This document shows, piece after piece, positions 50,235-62,803 of a stretch of 64,000 bases of DNA. How positions within the stretch are numbered: position 1 is the first letter of the stretch; each line of letters starts with the position of its first letter. The DNA lies in contig OX597821.1 of assembly GCA_951406725.2 (NCBI GenBank), positions 77,686,001 to 77,750,000 of the forward strand. Direction: 5' to 3'. The notes under the pieces are model-generated. The model was not told the origin of the DNA. It made no database searches and saw only the letters and a program-made list of their open reading frames with translations. Both the position numbers and the translations under genes were made by a program. The stretch comes from Octopus vulgaris (Eukaryota).

Positions 50235-50610
50235 TATTGAGTCAAGTACATCAACATCAACATAAATATCAAATGGAAATTGTAGTTATGATACCTGTGC
50301 TGGTGGCACGTAAAAAGCACCATCTGAACGTGGGCGATGCCAGCGCCGCCTCGACTGGCTTCTGTGCCAGTGGCATGTAAAAAGCACCAACCGATCATGG
50401 CTGCTGCCAGCCTCCCCTGGCACCTGTGCCAGTGGCACATAAAAAGCACCCACTACACTCACGGAGTGGTTGGCATTAGGAAGGGCATCCAGCTGTAGAA
50501 ACACTGCCAAATCAGACTGGAGCCTGGTGCAGCCTCCTGGCTTCCCAGACCCCGGTCGAACCATCCAACCCATGCTAGCAGGGAAAATGGACGTTAAATG
50601 ATGATGATGA
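50235..50610 (+). mobile_element. RTE-LINE 3' end (family C)
   Basis: Match to family C. Confidence 0.82.
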
Positions 50611-51827
50611 TTAAGCTGATGTTTGGAGTATAAAATAACATGGCATTTTGATGGACGGTTTTAATCTGTTAACATTTAAACTGACTGTTTCTGGCCCAAA
50701 TATTCTACCTGTTTTATGTTGAAACTGGCCAGGTGTGGCCTCTCACACCTATTCTACTATGTCATTCTAAAAATATACAATTATGTCAACAAAATTTCAA
50801 CGCTATGAGATAATGCATGATTAATTCAAAACAGCGTGGATGAAGAAGCATTACATTTCATGGATTAATTTGAGTGCTGAAGGGTTAATGTAGATCTCTT
50901 TAAACCTGGAGGTTTATATCATAGAACAAAGGGTTAGTCTCAGGTGGGTTGATATCAAGAGTCTTGAAACTAACTGCAATGCACACAAAACACTGATAAA
51001 AATTATTTACTCAGGTTGATGAAATGCTATCCAGTAAACCAGTAAATGGTAAATGCATGGATTCCACTGTGTGGCACCTAGGGCAATCCTTGCTACTATA
51101 GGCACAATACCTGAAAATTGGGGGAAGGGGCTAGTCGATTACATCAACCCTAGTGCTTAACTGATACTTATTTCATTGACCCCGAAAGAATAAAAGGCAA
51201 AGTTGACCTTGGTGGAATTTGAAACCAGAACATATCGATGGGTGAAATGCCACTAAGCATTTCATCTAGCGTGCTAACGATTCTGCCAGCTTGCTGCTTT
51301 AAATAATAATGATAATAATTTCTCAGGTAAATGCCAAAACAAATTTCAATATGTCAATGTATCACACTTTGGCCCCTTCTCTTACTATTCAGTGACACTT
51401 CTATTATTCCTCATGTTGGGGTGAGAGTAATAGTAGGCATAGAGATGGTGAGGGCAGTAGTAGATTGATGGTTGTGATAGTAATGGGGTTTTTGTAATAG
51501 CATGAGCTGTAGTTGTGATAGAGGCGGAGGCGATGGTGATGGTGATGGTAGTGGTAGCCAAGGCAATTAGGGATGATGGTGAAAGACACTGGTGATGATG
51601 GTGGAAGGGAAGGCAGCGAAGTTGAAGGTATTGATGGTGTTGGTGTCAGATGTTTGAATGGTGTGTGTATGGCAGTTGTAGTGACAATGGTGGTGGTACT
51701 GGTGATGGTGATGGTTGAAAACAATCAACAGAAAGAGATAGAGAGAGAGAGAAAGAAAGAGGTTGTACAGAAAGAAAAATTGTACTGACCCCTGAATGGG
51801 AAGACAAAAATTGTTGTTTATCATGTG

Positions 51828-51952
<125 letters not shown>

Positions 51953-51959
51953 ATATATA

Positions 51960-52292
51960 TACATGGTTCCAGGTTCAGTCCCACTGCGTGGTACATTGGG
52001 CAAGTGTCTCTATAGCCTCGGGCAGAACCAAAGCCTTGTGAGTGGATTTGGTAGACGGAAAGTGAAAGAATCCCATCGTATATATGTGTATATGTTTGTG
52101 TGTCTGTATTTGTCTCACCAACATCTCTTGATAACTGATGCTGGTGTGTTTATGTCCCCGCAACTTAGCGGGTCAGCAAAAGAAACTGATAGAATAAGTA
52201 CTAGGCTTACAAAGAATAAGTCCTGAGATCAATGTGGTTGACTAAAAGTGGTGCTCCAGCAAATGACTGAAACAAATAAAAGAGTAAAAGAG
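51960..52292 (+). mobile_element. SINE family A (5' truncated)
   Basis: Match to consensus. Confidence 0.82.
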
Positions 52293-53756
52293 TACATGAT
52301 ATCTAGGGAGTCTAGCATCATGCATGTCCACTTCGCTGCAGTTTACTTAGGAAAACATATGCGTTTGACATATTAGCTCTCTGTAGTGCAGTAGTATTAG
52401 GAATTTTATCTTGCCACTTCATAGAGACTCTCAGTGACATGGTGGGTCAAAGAGGAGATACAAAAATACTCTGAAAACAGGAATAATCAGAAAAACTAAC
52501 GAGTGGAGGGCTGTCACACTGGGTCCTGGTTTTGCTGTTACATGCCTCCAGTATAAGCATGGATTTTATGCAAATATCGAACTAAGCCACCTCAAGACCC
52601 ACAAGAATTCAGCTGCTAATTTGGTCATCTTCTGACACATGAAGGACAAATGTCAATGCTAGATAACAGATACATGCTTATAGCAATTTACAAAAGTGCT
52701 GTTAACCTAGGTTTTGTGGTAATTTGGATGTTTTTATTTCAGAAATATATTGCAACGGGAACCAAATTCGTGTAAACAAGTGAAAATGTGTTTGCAGGCA
52801 GGCTTGTTACGTTTGCAGAGTAGCTCTTAGATATGTTGTTGTGCGTTTGTAAGAAAGTAGTTCACGAGATAAGATATGTGTGCTATACTCAACGTTGACC
52901 GCTCTTTGATGGAAAGGTCAGCAAGTTTGTTAAGTCTAATACTACATGCTTCAATTATACAAATGATTATATCTATTTATACACACACACACATAGAGTG
53001 AGAGATACATTCATGCACACGCACACACATAGTAATGGTATATTCTGTTAAGATTGCAGTAGAGTACAGTATAAAACTCGTCCACCTCCAGATTTCACCC
53101 TGTGCTATCCAGTAGTAGTATTATATGCACTTCCAGGTTGGTGTTTGGGCTTCTGCTGTGTGTGACTAGATACTTTTTCCAGTTATAATATATATATTAC
53201 TGGTATCCTTATATATTACTCTATTTTATATCTTATATCTTATATGTAAAGAATTATATGCCATATGTATGTATGTTATTTTAATTATCAGTTTAATAAA
53301 TAAATAAGTTAAGATTTTAATGTCCAAAAGTTGATGAACCACCTATTGTTCTCCTCCATTTTCTTATTTGCGATATATACATAAATACATATATATAATC
53401 AAAATAAGCAACAAGGATATCCAAGGTAGAGTAGTACAATTGTTTCATGCTACTTAATTTTATTTAAAACTAAGTATTACATCAGTTTTAAAATGTCGAG
53501 CAATCTTCAGCCACTTATAGAATTTTTCAATTAAACGGACAATGCACATTCTTATACTTATATATATAATCATCATATCATGCATATACATCGTTACACA
53601 CACACATATGTTTATATATCTATAATTTAGTAATCTGAGTCTAAACGATCTAGGTTTCTGTAAGAAGCCCATGGAGCCAAATCTAACTGTTTTAAATGAG
53701 ACATGTAACTCCTACTAAATGCATTGAGGGCCTTTTTCTTTTGATTGTCCTCTCAC

Positions 53757-53813
<57 letters not shown>

Positions 53814-53822
53814 CATACACAT

Positions 53823-53853
<31 letters not shown>

Positions 53854-53972
53854 AGTACACACACATAACTGTTAGACACCCCAAAAAACTGAGTTAGAAA
53901 ATTTATTGACTCAGGCTGATTAAATGTTAAATCAGTGAACTTCTCCATAAATGTTAAACTCAAGGATTTGAG

Positions 53973-54340
53973 ATCATCATCATCGTTATCATCATCATTT
54001 AACGTCCGCTTTCCATGCTGGCATGGGTTGGACGGTTTGACTGAGGACTGGCAAGCCAGAAGGCTCTACTAGGCTCCAATCTGATTTGGCAATGTTTCTA
54101 CACCTAGATGCCCTTCCTAATGCCAACCACTCCGAGAGTGTAGTAGATATTTTTTACGTTTTACCATCAAGAGGGCCAGTCAGGTGGTACTGGCATCGAC
54201 CACGCTTGAATGGCGCTTTTTACATGCCATCGGCACGGGAGCCAATCAGGTGGCACTGGCATCGACAACACTGGAATGGTGCTTTTTACATGCCACCGGC
54301 ACAGGAGTTAGTCAGGCAGTGCTGGCATTGGCCATGACAA
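53973..54340 (-). mobile_element. RTE-LINE 3' end (family C)
   Basis: Match to family C. Confidence 0.8.
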
Positions 54341-54872
54341 TGACTTTGAGATGTTATTATGAATTTTACATAATTTAGAATAATTTTTTTATTGAATATA
54401 TTAAGTAAATAAGAAACATACTAATAATATCACATATTTTAGCTACTTAATGGACAGTTAGCAATTTGGAGTAAAAACAAGCATTTTACCATAGAAAGTG
54501 TTTTCAAAGTACCTGAAAGAAAAACAGAACATGAATGTTATACTATATACATACATACACACACATACATACATACATATATAAATGGATGAATGAATTA
54601 TCCTTTGATTACAGTTAACATGGAAAATTCAATAAACAGTTACCAGGCTAGCAAAATTCACGCAAGTAACAAGGATGTAGCGACCTATTCAAAGGTAGAA
54701 ACTCCGGGTTAATGTGCAGTAATTTATTTACTTATACATACATACACATATATATATCATCATTTAACGTCTGCTTTCCATGCTAGCATGGGTTATATAT
54801 ATACATATATATACACACACACACACACACATACATACATACATATATGTATATACATATGTATAGACACAT

Positions 54873-54916
<44 letters not shown>

Positions 54917-55299
54917 GCATACACACACACACACACGTGTGTATGTGGAGTATTTATTTATGCATATTGTTGCTATTATGTTAAAGTGTTGTATGTCCAA
55001 ATTTGGCCAAATGTGTTTACTTCAATATTTATTTTTGCTTGCAATAGCTGGTTCTTTTGGTCAAACTATTGTATCTCCAGCAGCTTCAGATGCCAAGATA
55101 ACAAAAATTGTCAAAGTGTAGTACAACAGTTTTGCTATGGAATGGTGAAACTGTTTTTTTTTTTTTGTTTTTTGAAAAGACAATGTTTTGAACTTACGAG
55201 ATCATTTGCATAATAGCAACGATTTACAATCGTAGAATATTAGTTATCTTCCTTCTAAATGTGAGATTAAATTTTTTGTCTTTGATTTTTCAGGAGAGG

Positions 55300-55699
55300 A
55301 TGGGTGTGAGGAAGGTCATTTTCCCATGTGACCTTCCTCACTGGAACATTGTAAGCCAGCAGCTATTACAGCTTCAGTTCTATTGCCAAAGTTCTGGTGC
55401 TACACCTCAAGGGTTAGCCCAGCTCCACCAGCAGATTTTCCTGCAGATCAGAAGCAAAGGTCCACCGACCCCATTCACCTACCATGAAGGCACCAGCAGT
55501 AGTCAACCCAAGGAGCTGTCTACAGCTGAAAGTCAACCATGTGTTTATCAAGGCCTTGTGATTTTCCTGGAACAAGTTGCTAGCATCGATGAAAAGGACT
55601 GCTTCCTGCACTTCATCTTCCCTGCCGTTATCGATATGGCCTGTAATATCAAGGAATTAATTCCGCAGGAAGGTATACCTCTCTGTCGGAAGCAGTGCA
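55300..55699 (+). CDS. PARG: PARG-like (poly(ADP-ribose) glycohydrolase family) coding exon 1
   Basis: Acceptor tttttcag|55294, ATG 55300, donor ca|gtaagt (phase 1). VIFPCDLPHW..GLVIFLE..EKDCFLHFIFPAVIDMA..IPLC resembles the PARG helical accessory domain. Probably a paralogue; upstream coding exon not excluded. Confidence 0.85.
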
Positions 55700-55856
55700 G
55701 TAAGTTGCTATTCACTTATCTTTAACGAGGTGTTTCTTTCTTTTTTTTTTTTGTTTTAGGAAACATTGGGCCCAGACGTGATTGTGTCGTTAAGAGGTTT
55801 GCTTCCCAACCATTTAATTCTGAGTTTAGTCCTGTGGACAAGTGCTTTCTACTATA

Positions 55857-56230
55857 TATTTCTTTACTACCCACAAGGGGATAAAGTCGATTACATCGAC
55901 CCCAGTGCAAAACTGGTACTTTATTTATCGACCCGAAAGGATGAAAGGCAAAGTCAACCTTGGTGGAATTTGAACTCAGAACGTAAAACAGACGAAATAC
56001 CTATTTCTTTACTACCCACAAGGTGCTAAACACTGAGGGGACAAACAAGGACAGACAAACGGATTATGTCGATTATATCGACCTGAGTGCGTAACTAATT
56101 TATTTATCGACCTCGAAAGGATGAAAGGCAAAGTTGACCTCGGCGGAATTTGAACTCAGAACATAACGGCAGACGAAATACCGCTAAGCATTTCGCCTGG
56201 CGTGCTAACAATTCTGCCAGATTACCGCCT
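55857..56230 (-). mobile_element. Tandem dimer of SINE family B
   Basis: Same gacgaaatac|ctatttct junction as 32710-33474. Confidence 0.85.
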
Positions 56231-56959
56231 AATTAACAACCAACAACAACAACAATAGTAATTAATTAATTAAGAAACACAAAAAGCCTTGTGAAATCAG
56301 CTAGCCAGGGTTTCCTGGCTGGAATGTTGAATTGTTTTTTTGCTACTGTTCAAACTGGCAAAGTCAACAAAGCAGTTTAATAACTGTTTGGTGTAATCAA
56401 AGTTTGAATAAGCACACGGCTTGAAAAAAGACAGAAACCAATCAAAGGGAGATAATTAAGTGTGCAGGAAATGCTGACATTCTTTTACAAGTGTTGAAAG
56501 TTCCAGAAACCAACATTGGAATTGGTTACCTTTAATTCTTGTGGTTTGTCTTTAATTCTTGCTAAGATGTACTTTGCAGAATGTGGACATGATGAAAACA
56601 TCTCAGTGTTTGGTATTCATATAGTCCCTGGAGGTTCTTAGGTTCTTTAAAAGATTGTTTTTGAAGCAAGCATATGGAACGTCTTTAACACAAGGTCTTG
56701 TAAAGGATCTTCCATTTGATGTAGCTGATGGTCAGATCTTTAAGTCTCTAGATTAATACTGAAAGGGTTGATGTATGTCCCCTTGGGTTGCCTAAAGCTA
56801 GAAAGATGGATGTTGTGTTTAATTTGTGTGTGTGTTTGTGCCTTCTTGCATTGACATGACATTGCATGATAGTTGTAAATGAGTGCCACTGTCATACAAG
56901 CGGTGTCCTTCATTTTCAATCTGCTATGGAAAACCTGTTTGGCTATGGGGAAATATTAC

Positions 56960-57383
56960 CATAGGAACCAGCGTCGCCTTACTGGCACTCGAGCCATGTG
57001 CTACTAGGGTATTAAGAGCACCATCCGAGCATGATCGTTGCCAGAGTGGCTATTTGGCCTCCGTGCCAGTGGCACGTAAAAGAAACCATTCGAGCGTGAT
57101 CATTACCAGCATCGCCTTACAGGCACCTGTGCCGGTGGCATGTGTAAAAGATTCGAGCAAGGTCGTTGCCAGTACCACCTGACTGGCCCCCGTGCAGGTG
57201 GGACGTAAAAGCACCCACTACACTCTCGGAGTGGTTGGCGTTAGGAAGGGCATCCAGCTGTAGAAACTCTGCCAGATCAAGATTGAAGCTTGGTGCAGTC
57301 ATCTGGTTCGCCAGCCCTCAGTCATTCGTCCAACCCATGCTAGCATGGAAAGCGGACTTTAAATGACGATGATGATGATGATG
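56960..57383 (+). mobile_element. RTE-LINE 3' end (family C)
   Basis: Match to family C. Confidence 0.8.
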
Positions 57384-57797
57384 AAACAGGTGAGTGTCAG
57401 TGACAAGAAGAGTGTCCAACCGTAGAAAAATCTGCCTCCACAGATTCTGTCTGACCCAAGCAAACCTGGAAAAGTGGACGTTAAATGACAACGATGATGA
57501 TTGATAATGTAGTTTTAGATACTCTGTGTCTGAATAGAAGTTGGCATGATTGTAGCTGAAACATCTTTAATCATAAGTCTGCTTGAATTAAGGTTGACCT
57601 GCAGTTAAAAGCAACAACTCATGTTTATTGATGCATTGAAGCACACATAAAACCGATTAGGTTCATGCAAACACACACACACACACACACACATGCAGAC
57701 ACACACACACATGCAGACGCACACACACACACATTTGTACCTCTCCATTTGTACCTCTCAGAGAAGTAATTATTGATTATCTTTTATATTTCCGCAG

Positions 57798-57939
57798 CCA
57801 AAAGCATTGCAGTCAGCCGTAACTTAATGTCAGCCATCATTTCATGTGCATTTCTGTGCCTGTTTCCAGAGAGGAAGAAAGAGAAAACATCGCGGCTAAA
57901 TAATATTAATTTCTCTAATTTCTTTCGCTACCTTCCTCT
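57798..57939 (+). CDS. PARG: PARG-like coding exon 2
   Basis: tttccgcag| .. |gtaagt, phase 1 to 2; TKSIAVSRNLMSAIISCAFLCLFP..INFSNFF matches PARG S.T.S...IASLLANAF.C.FP...INF..LF. Confidence 0.9.
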
Positions 57940-58386
57940 GTAAGTAGCTAGAATTACCATATATTTTCTTCTTCTTCTTTAGTGTTCCTTCATATACACT
58001 CATCCATTCATTGGAGAAAACACAGCAGCCACATATGAACATAGATATATATGTAAATGTAGGCGCAGGCATGGCTGTGTGGTATGAAGCTTCATTCCCA
58101 ACCACATGGTTCCAGGTTCAGTCCCACTGTTGGCCCCTTGGGTAAGTGTCTTCTACTATAGCCTGGAGCCGGTCAAAGCTTTGTTAGTGGATTTGGTAGA
58201 ATATCAGCAATATTGAGGAATATGTTGTCATGAAACGCGTGTAGTAAAGTATATAATTTGGAATAAGAATTGAAGGTATTAATTTTGATTATTTTAATAC
58301 TTAGTCCTATATGTATCTATTGTGGATAATGTCATTCAATGATGATTGGAATTGCTTGAGGGTGATTCTGTCTCTTAAACCTATCT

Positions 58387-58430
<44 letters not shown>

Positions 58431-58883
58431 ACACACTCACACACATAACAGGTTTCGTTCAGTTTCTGTCTATGAAATCCTCTCACAAAGCATTGGTCAA
58501 CATGAGGCTCTACTAGAAGACACTTACCCAAAGTGACATGCAGTGGGACTGAAATCGGAACCATGTGGTTGGGAAGCAAACTTCTTACCACACAGCCATG
58601 TCCATGCCTATTGTTTGAGTAGAAAGGGATGGGTTGATGACTTTTGTCACTCAAACGTGAGAAAAAATATCGGAACATTTAAATATTTTTATTCCTCCTG
58701 TTTCTGTAATGTTTCACCCTTTAAATGACTTTTAAATAGATGCACCATTTGATATTTTCTGATGGTGATATCTTTACCAAAACTTACTCCATCATATAAA
58801 GATCTCAGAAACCTATGAAGAAAATTAATGCCTTATTAAATATTTCTTTTAATTTTTTACTAATAATTTTTCTATTTCCTTAG

Positions 58884-58983
58884 GCAATCCCAGTGTGCCA
58901 AACTGCGTTGTATTCTTCATTATTTCCGTAGAGTTGCTTCTGCTGGCCAGTATTTCACTGGAGAAATTGAAATACAACGACAG
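58884..58983 (+). CDS. PARG: PARG-like coding exon 3
   Basis: ttccttag| .. cag|gttagc, phase 2 to 0; QSQCAKLRCILHYFRRV..GEIEIQRQ matches PARG EKL.C...YF.RV...G...F.RQ. Confidence 0.92.
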
Positions 58984-59019
58984 GTTAGCAGAAATTTTTG
59001 AAAAATATTTTCTCTTTTG

Positions 59020-59438
59020 ATTGTTGCCAGTGCTGCCTGATTGGCTCCTGTGCTGGTGGCACGTAAAAAGCACCATTCGAGTGTGGTCCTTGCCAGTACC
59101 GCTTGACTGGCTCCTGTGCTGGTGGCATGTAAAAAACACCATTTGAGCATGGTTGTTGCCAGTACCGCTTGACTGGCTCCTGTGCTTGTGGCATGTAAAA
59201 AACACCATTTGAGCGTGGTTGTTGCCAGTGCTGCCTGACTAGCTCCTGTGCCAGTGGCATGTAAAAAGTACCCACTACACTCTCGGAGTGGTTGGCATTA
59301 GGAAGGGCATCTAGCTGTTGAAACATTGCCAGATTGGATTGGAGCCTGGTGCAGCCATCTGGCTTGCCAGTACTCAGTCAAACTGTCCAACCCATACCAG
59401 CATGGAAAGCAGACATTAAACGACGATGACGATGATGA
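59020..59438 (+). mobile_element. RTE-LINE 3' end (family C) with four tandem subrepeats
   Basis: ggctcctgtgctggtggca..aaaaa.cacca units. Confidence 0.82.
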
Positions 59439-59690
59439 ACTCAGTCGGGGCTTCATATAAGGTTTTGGGGACTCCAAGCAAGCAAAACAATAAATTGGGG
59501 ATCCATGGTAGTATTTTAAGGGTCCATGAAAAAACAATTTTGCTTTAGATGTCTTTATTGCCAGAAACAGCCAGGTTTCTTTCTTCTGAGACGAATTCCT
59601 CGTTACTTCTGCTGTTTTTTTAATTGTTTGCAAAAGAAAACACTTCGTTATGTAAATTTTGATTTCTGTCAACTCTTTGTTCATTTTTAG

Positions 59691-59810
59691 GTAATGGAAC
59701 CACGAAAACGTCCAACCCTGGAAACCTGGAAGAATTGCTCTACCAGTCTCTGTCCTATTTATGTTCGAGAAAATGGTAAAACCTATGATGCCAGTAGTGC
59801 CACTTTAAAG
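59691..59810 (+). CDS. PARG: PARG-like coding exon 4
   Basis: tttttag| .. aag|gttggt, phase 0-0; VMEPRKRPTLETWKNCSTSLCPIYVRENGKTYDASSATLK. Confidence 0.88.
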
Positions 59811-60289
59811 GTTGGTAAAAATTTTTTATATTTTGTCTTTTCTCTGGAATGTAATCCTTTCTCACATGTTTGCATCAAATATTTACCTCCAAGTAATCTT
59901 CGATAATTTCATTATTATTATTATTATTATTATAATGTTACGAACTTTTGTTGGGCACAAAACATGGTGCTTTCGTACATCAAGGGAGGTTACTGTGTTA
60001 TGGACGTTCTCTCAGGAGTTTTGTATATTGAAATGACAAATCTAAAAACTGATCCTATCATTTGCCTGAAGAAATATTTGAAGATCTTCCAGGGAAACAT
60101 TTACGTTGATATATATTATATTATTTTTAATAAGCAGAGGTTACAGAGTGACTCAAGGGTTGAACGTTTCGTGAATGGCACTTTTATCTACTTGAGAAAT
60201 AGTGAAAATCACAATTCTATATTTAACATGAAGAATTATGTAGATTATTTACATTTGACGGATATTTGACCTCATCTTGTTTTTTGTTA

Positions 60290-60333
60290 ACACAACGTTT
60301 CGTCTGATATACCCACCAGCCTTCATCAGGTGC
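60290..60333 (-). ncRNA. Minimal type I hammerhead ribozyme motif (intact core)
   Basis: gcac-CTGATGA-a-ggctg..cagac-GAAA-cg-TT-gtgt; one stem II mismatch. Confidence 0.7.
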
Positions 60334-60580
60334 CTTAGGGAAGTTTCGAACCTGAGTCCTCATTCCTTGGGTATTTTTCGATTTTATTATTATTATTCAG
60401 GTCACTGCCTGGAATTGAACTTGGAATCTTGGGGTTAGTAGCATGCGCTCTTAACCATTACGCCATATGCCCACAGGTATATGGCATAGTGACCTGAATA
60501 ATAATGATATGGCAGTAACCTGAATAATAATATCGAAAAATACCTAAGGAATGAGAACTCAGGTTTGAAATTTCCCCGAG

Positions 60581-60624
60581 ACACCTGATGAAGGCTGGAG
60601 AGTATATCAGCCGAAATGTTGTCT
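60581..60624 (+). ncRNA. Minimal type I hammerhead ribozyme motif (stems III and I mutated)
   Basis: acac-CTGATGA-a-ggctg-gagagtatat-cagcc-GAAA-tg-TT-gtct. Confidence 0.6.
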
Positions 60625-60946
60625 TAACAACAAACAAGATGAGGACAAATATCCGTCAAATGTAAATAATGTAGTAAAAGCCATTATTGTCATTTTATGT
60701 CTCCATGCTTGACTGCCCTCTTGAATAGGGTAGAGGACCAGGCGTTGCTCATGCATTTCATTTAGGGTTTGGTTTCTATGACCGGATGCCCTTCTCAATA
60801 GGAACCTTTTTTTACAGAGAACACTGTGTGCATTTTATTGTAACACCAGCATTACAATGGAGGCCTATGACCTAGTAGTTTGGGTGTTGCATTCATGATC
60901 ACAAGATAATGGTTTCAACTCTTGAGCCAGACGGTATGTTGTATTA

Positions 60947-61178
60947 AGGCGTCGAGCTGGCAGAATCGTTAGCCCGCCAGGCGAAATGCATAGCTGTATT
61001 TCGTCTGCCATTATGTTGTGAGTTCAAATTCTGCTGATGTTGACTTTGCCTTTCATCCTTTTTGGGTCGATTAAATAAGTACCAGTTACACACTGGGGTA
61101 GATATAATTGACTTAATCTGTTTGTCTGTCCTTGTTTGTCCCGTCTGTGTTTAGCTCCTTGTGAGTAGTAAAGAAATA
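60947..61178 (+). mobile_element. SINE family B with 13-bp TSD, inserted in an older tRNA-SINE
   Basis: TSD ggtatgttgtatt / ggtatgatgtatt. Confidence 0.85.
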
Positions 61179-61295
61179 GGTATGATGTATTCTTGAGATA
61201 AAACTCTTCATTTTATGTGACTGCAGTTTACTCAGCTCTCAACGAATGACCCTATGATGGATTGGCGTCCTGTTCAGGAAGATTATTGTATTCTT

Positions 61296-61527
61296 ATTTC
61301 TTTATTGCCCACAAGGGGCTAAACATACAGGGGGACAGACAAGGACAGACAAAAGGATTAAGTTGATTATATCGACCCCAGTGCGTAACTGGTACTTAAT
61401 TTATCAACCCTCGAGAGGATGAAAGGCAAAGTCGACCTCGGCGAAATTTTAGGTCAGAATGTAAAGACAGATGAAATACCGCTAAGCATTTCGCCCGGTG
61501 TGCTTACGTTTCTGCCAGCTCGCCACC
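61296..61527 (-). mobile_element. SINE family B with 10-bp TSD
   Basis: TSD ttgtattctt on both sides. Confidence 0.88.
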
Positions 61528-61776
61528 TTGTATTCTTGGTAAACTCTTATGCCATGGAATCTGGTCAATGAACTCTATGAGTCCCAGGGCTCAAGACATT
61601 ACTTAGCTGCCAGCTTCAGAGAGATGGTCATGACTGGAACAAGACTAAAGGTTCTCTTTTTTTTTGTTGAGAGGTGAAAATATTTAATTTAATTTGGTAG
61701 AAGTTTTAATTGTAATGTCTAGTAATTTTATCTCTTAATTAACGTATGCATTTATTTTATTAATCTCAAATTTCAG

Positions 61777-61833
61777 ATTGGATTTGCTAACAGATTTCTT
61801 GGAGGTCACATTTTAAGTAAAGGTAGATGCCAG
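61777..61833 (+). CDS. PARG: PARG-like coding exon 5 (catalytic-loop exon); gene apparently continues past the window
   Basis: atttcag| .. cag|gtagga, phase 0-0; IGFANRFLGGHILSKGRCQ aligns to PARG [19 protein letters not shown]. Confidence 0.92.
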
Positions 61834-62219
61834 GTAGGAAACGGTTGCTTTCTATTTTATGAATTAAAAATTTTTTTTATATTTGTATTTACAAGAGACA
61901 TTTTGTTACGACTAAATTGTTGGCTTCACAGATTGAAGTGAAGATGTATATTTTTGACGTCAATCTTTTACGTGTTTCAGCCAGTGGACTGTGGTCATGC
62001 TGGGGCAACGCCTTGAGTGCTTTAGGTGAACAAATCAACCTGAGTACTTATTTATATTTTAAGTCTGGTTCTTATTCTATTTGTTGTCTTTTGGTGAACC
62101 ACTAAGTTACAGGGGTGTAAAGAAACCAACACTGGTTGTCAAGTGGTGGTGGGGGACAAACACAACACAAGCACACACACATACATAGACACATACATAT
62201 ATTCATTTGTATTTGTGCG

Positions 62220-62461
62220 TATCTATCTGTCTGTCTGTCTAGCTATCTCTCTGTCTATCTATCTATCTGTCTATCTCTGTGTCTGTCTATCTCTCTCTGT
62301 GTCTATCTGTGTCTGTCTGTCTCTCTATGTCTATCTATCTGTCTATTTATCTCTCTGTCTTGCTATCTCTTTGTCTATCTCTCTCTATGTCTATCTCTCT
62401 CTGTGTCTATCTCTCTCTCTCAGTGTCTGTCTACCTCTCTCTGTCTATCTGTCTGTCTGTC

Positions 62462-62492
<31 letters not shown>

Positions 62493-62550
62493 CTCTGTCT
62501 GTCTCTCTCTGTCTCTCTCTCTCTCTCTCTCTGTCTGTTTGTCTCTCTCT
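62220..62550. repeat. (TC)n/(TCTA)n/(TCTG)n compound microsatellite
   Basis: Directly visible. Confidence 0.95.
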
Positions 62551-62803
62551 GTATTTTTTAGAATAATAGATAAGGAAAACAGAGTAGACGGGTAAGCTTT
62601 ATTTAGTTTGCAGCACATTCTGTCTTCCCTATCAATTACAACATACTAAATGTGCACCGAAGAATTCCTTACCTAAATCCTGCGGATGACACTTGGCAGC
62701 CGTAAGTGGTAAACGTACTCTCAAGGCACACTCCCCGGGACATACCCAAAACAAAGTTGGGATATAACGTTTTAAAATCTCCTATCTAAATTTTAATTTA
62801 AAC

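Larger units (their letters stand above)
60215..60673. mobile_element. Head-to-head inverted pair of tRNA-headed hammerhead-bearing elements
   Basis: Minus copy 60215-60471 with full tRNA-like head, plus copy 60476-60673 with deleted head; centre gccatatgcc-caca-ggtatatggc. Confidence 0.85.

Noticed and set aside
60395-60471. Genuine tRNA gene
   Set aside because: Acceptor stem pairs poorly and the sequence is fused to a repeated tail; treated as a SINE-type head, as are the heads at ~19600 and 39745.
61777-61833. A-to-I editing restoring canonical PARG residues
   Set aside because: GGA cannot become Asp, and CAC would edit to Arg, not Gly.
61932-62105. Next PARG exon after cttcacag
   Set aside because: Reads IEVKMYIF.. 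with no EE/F..PE motif and runs into a SINE.
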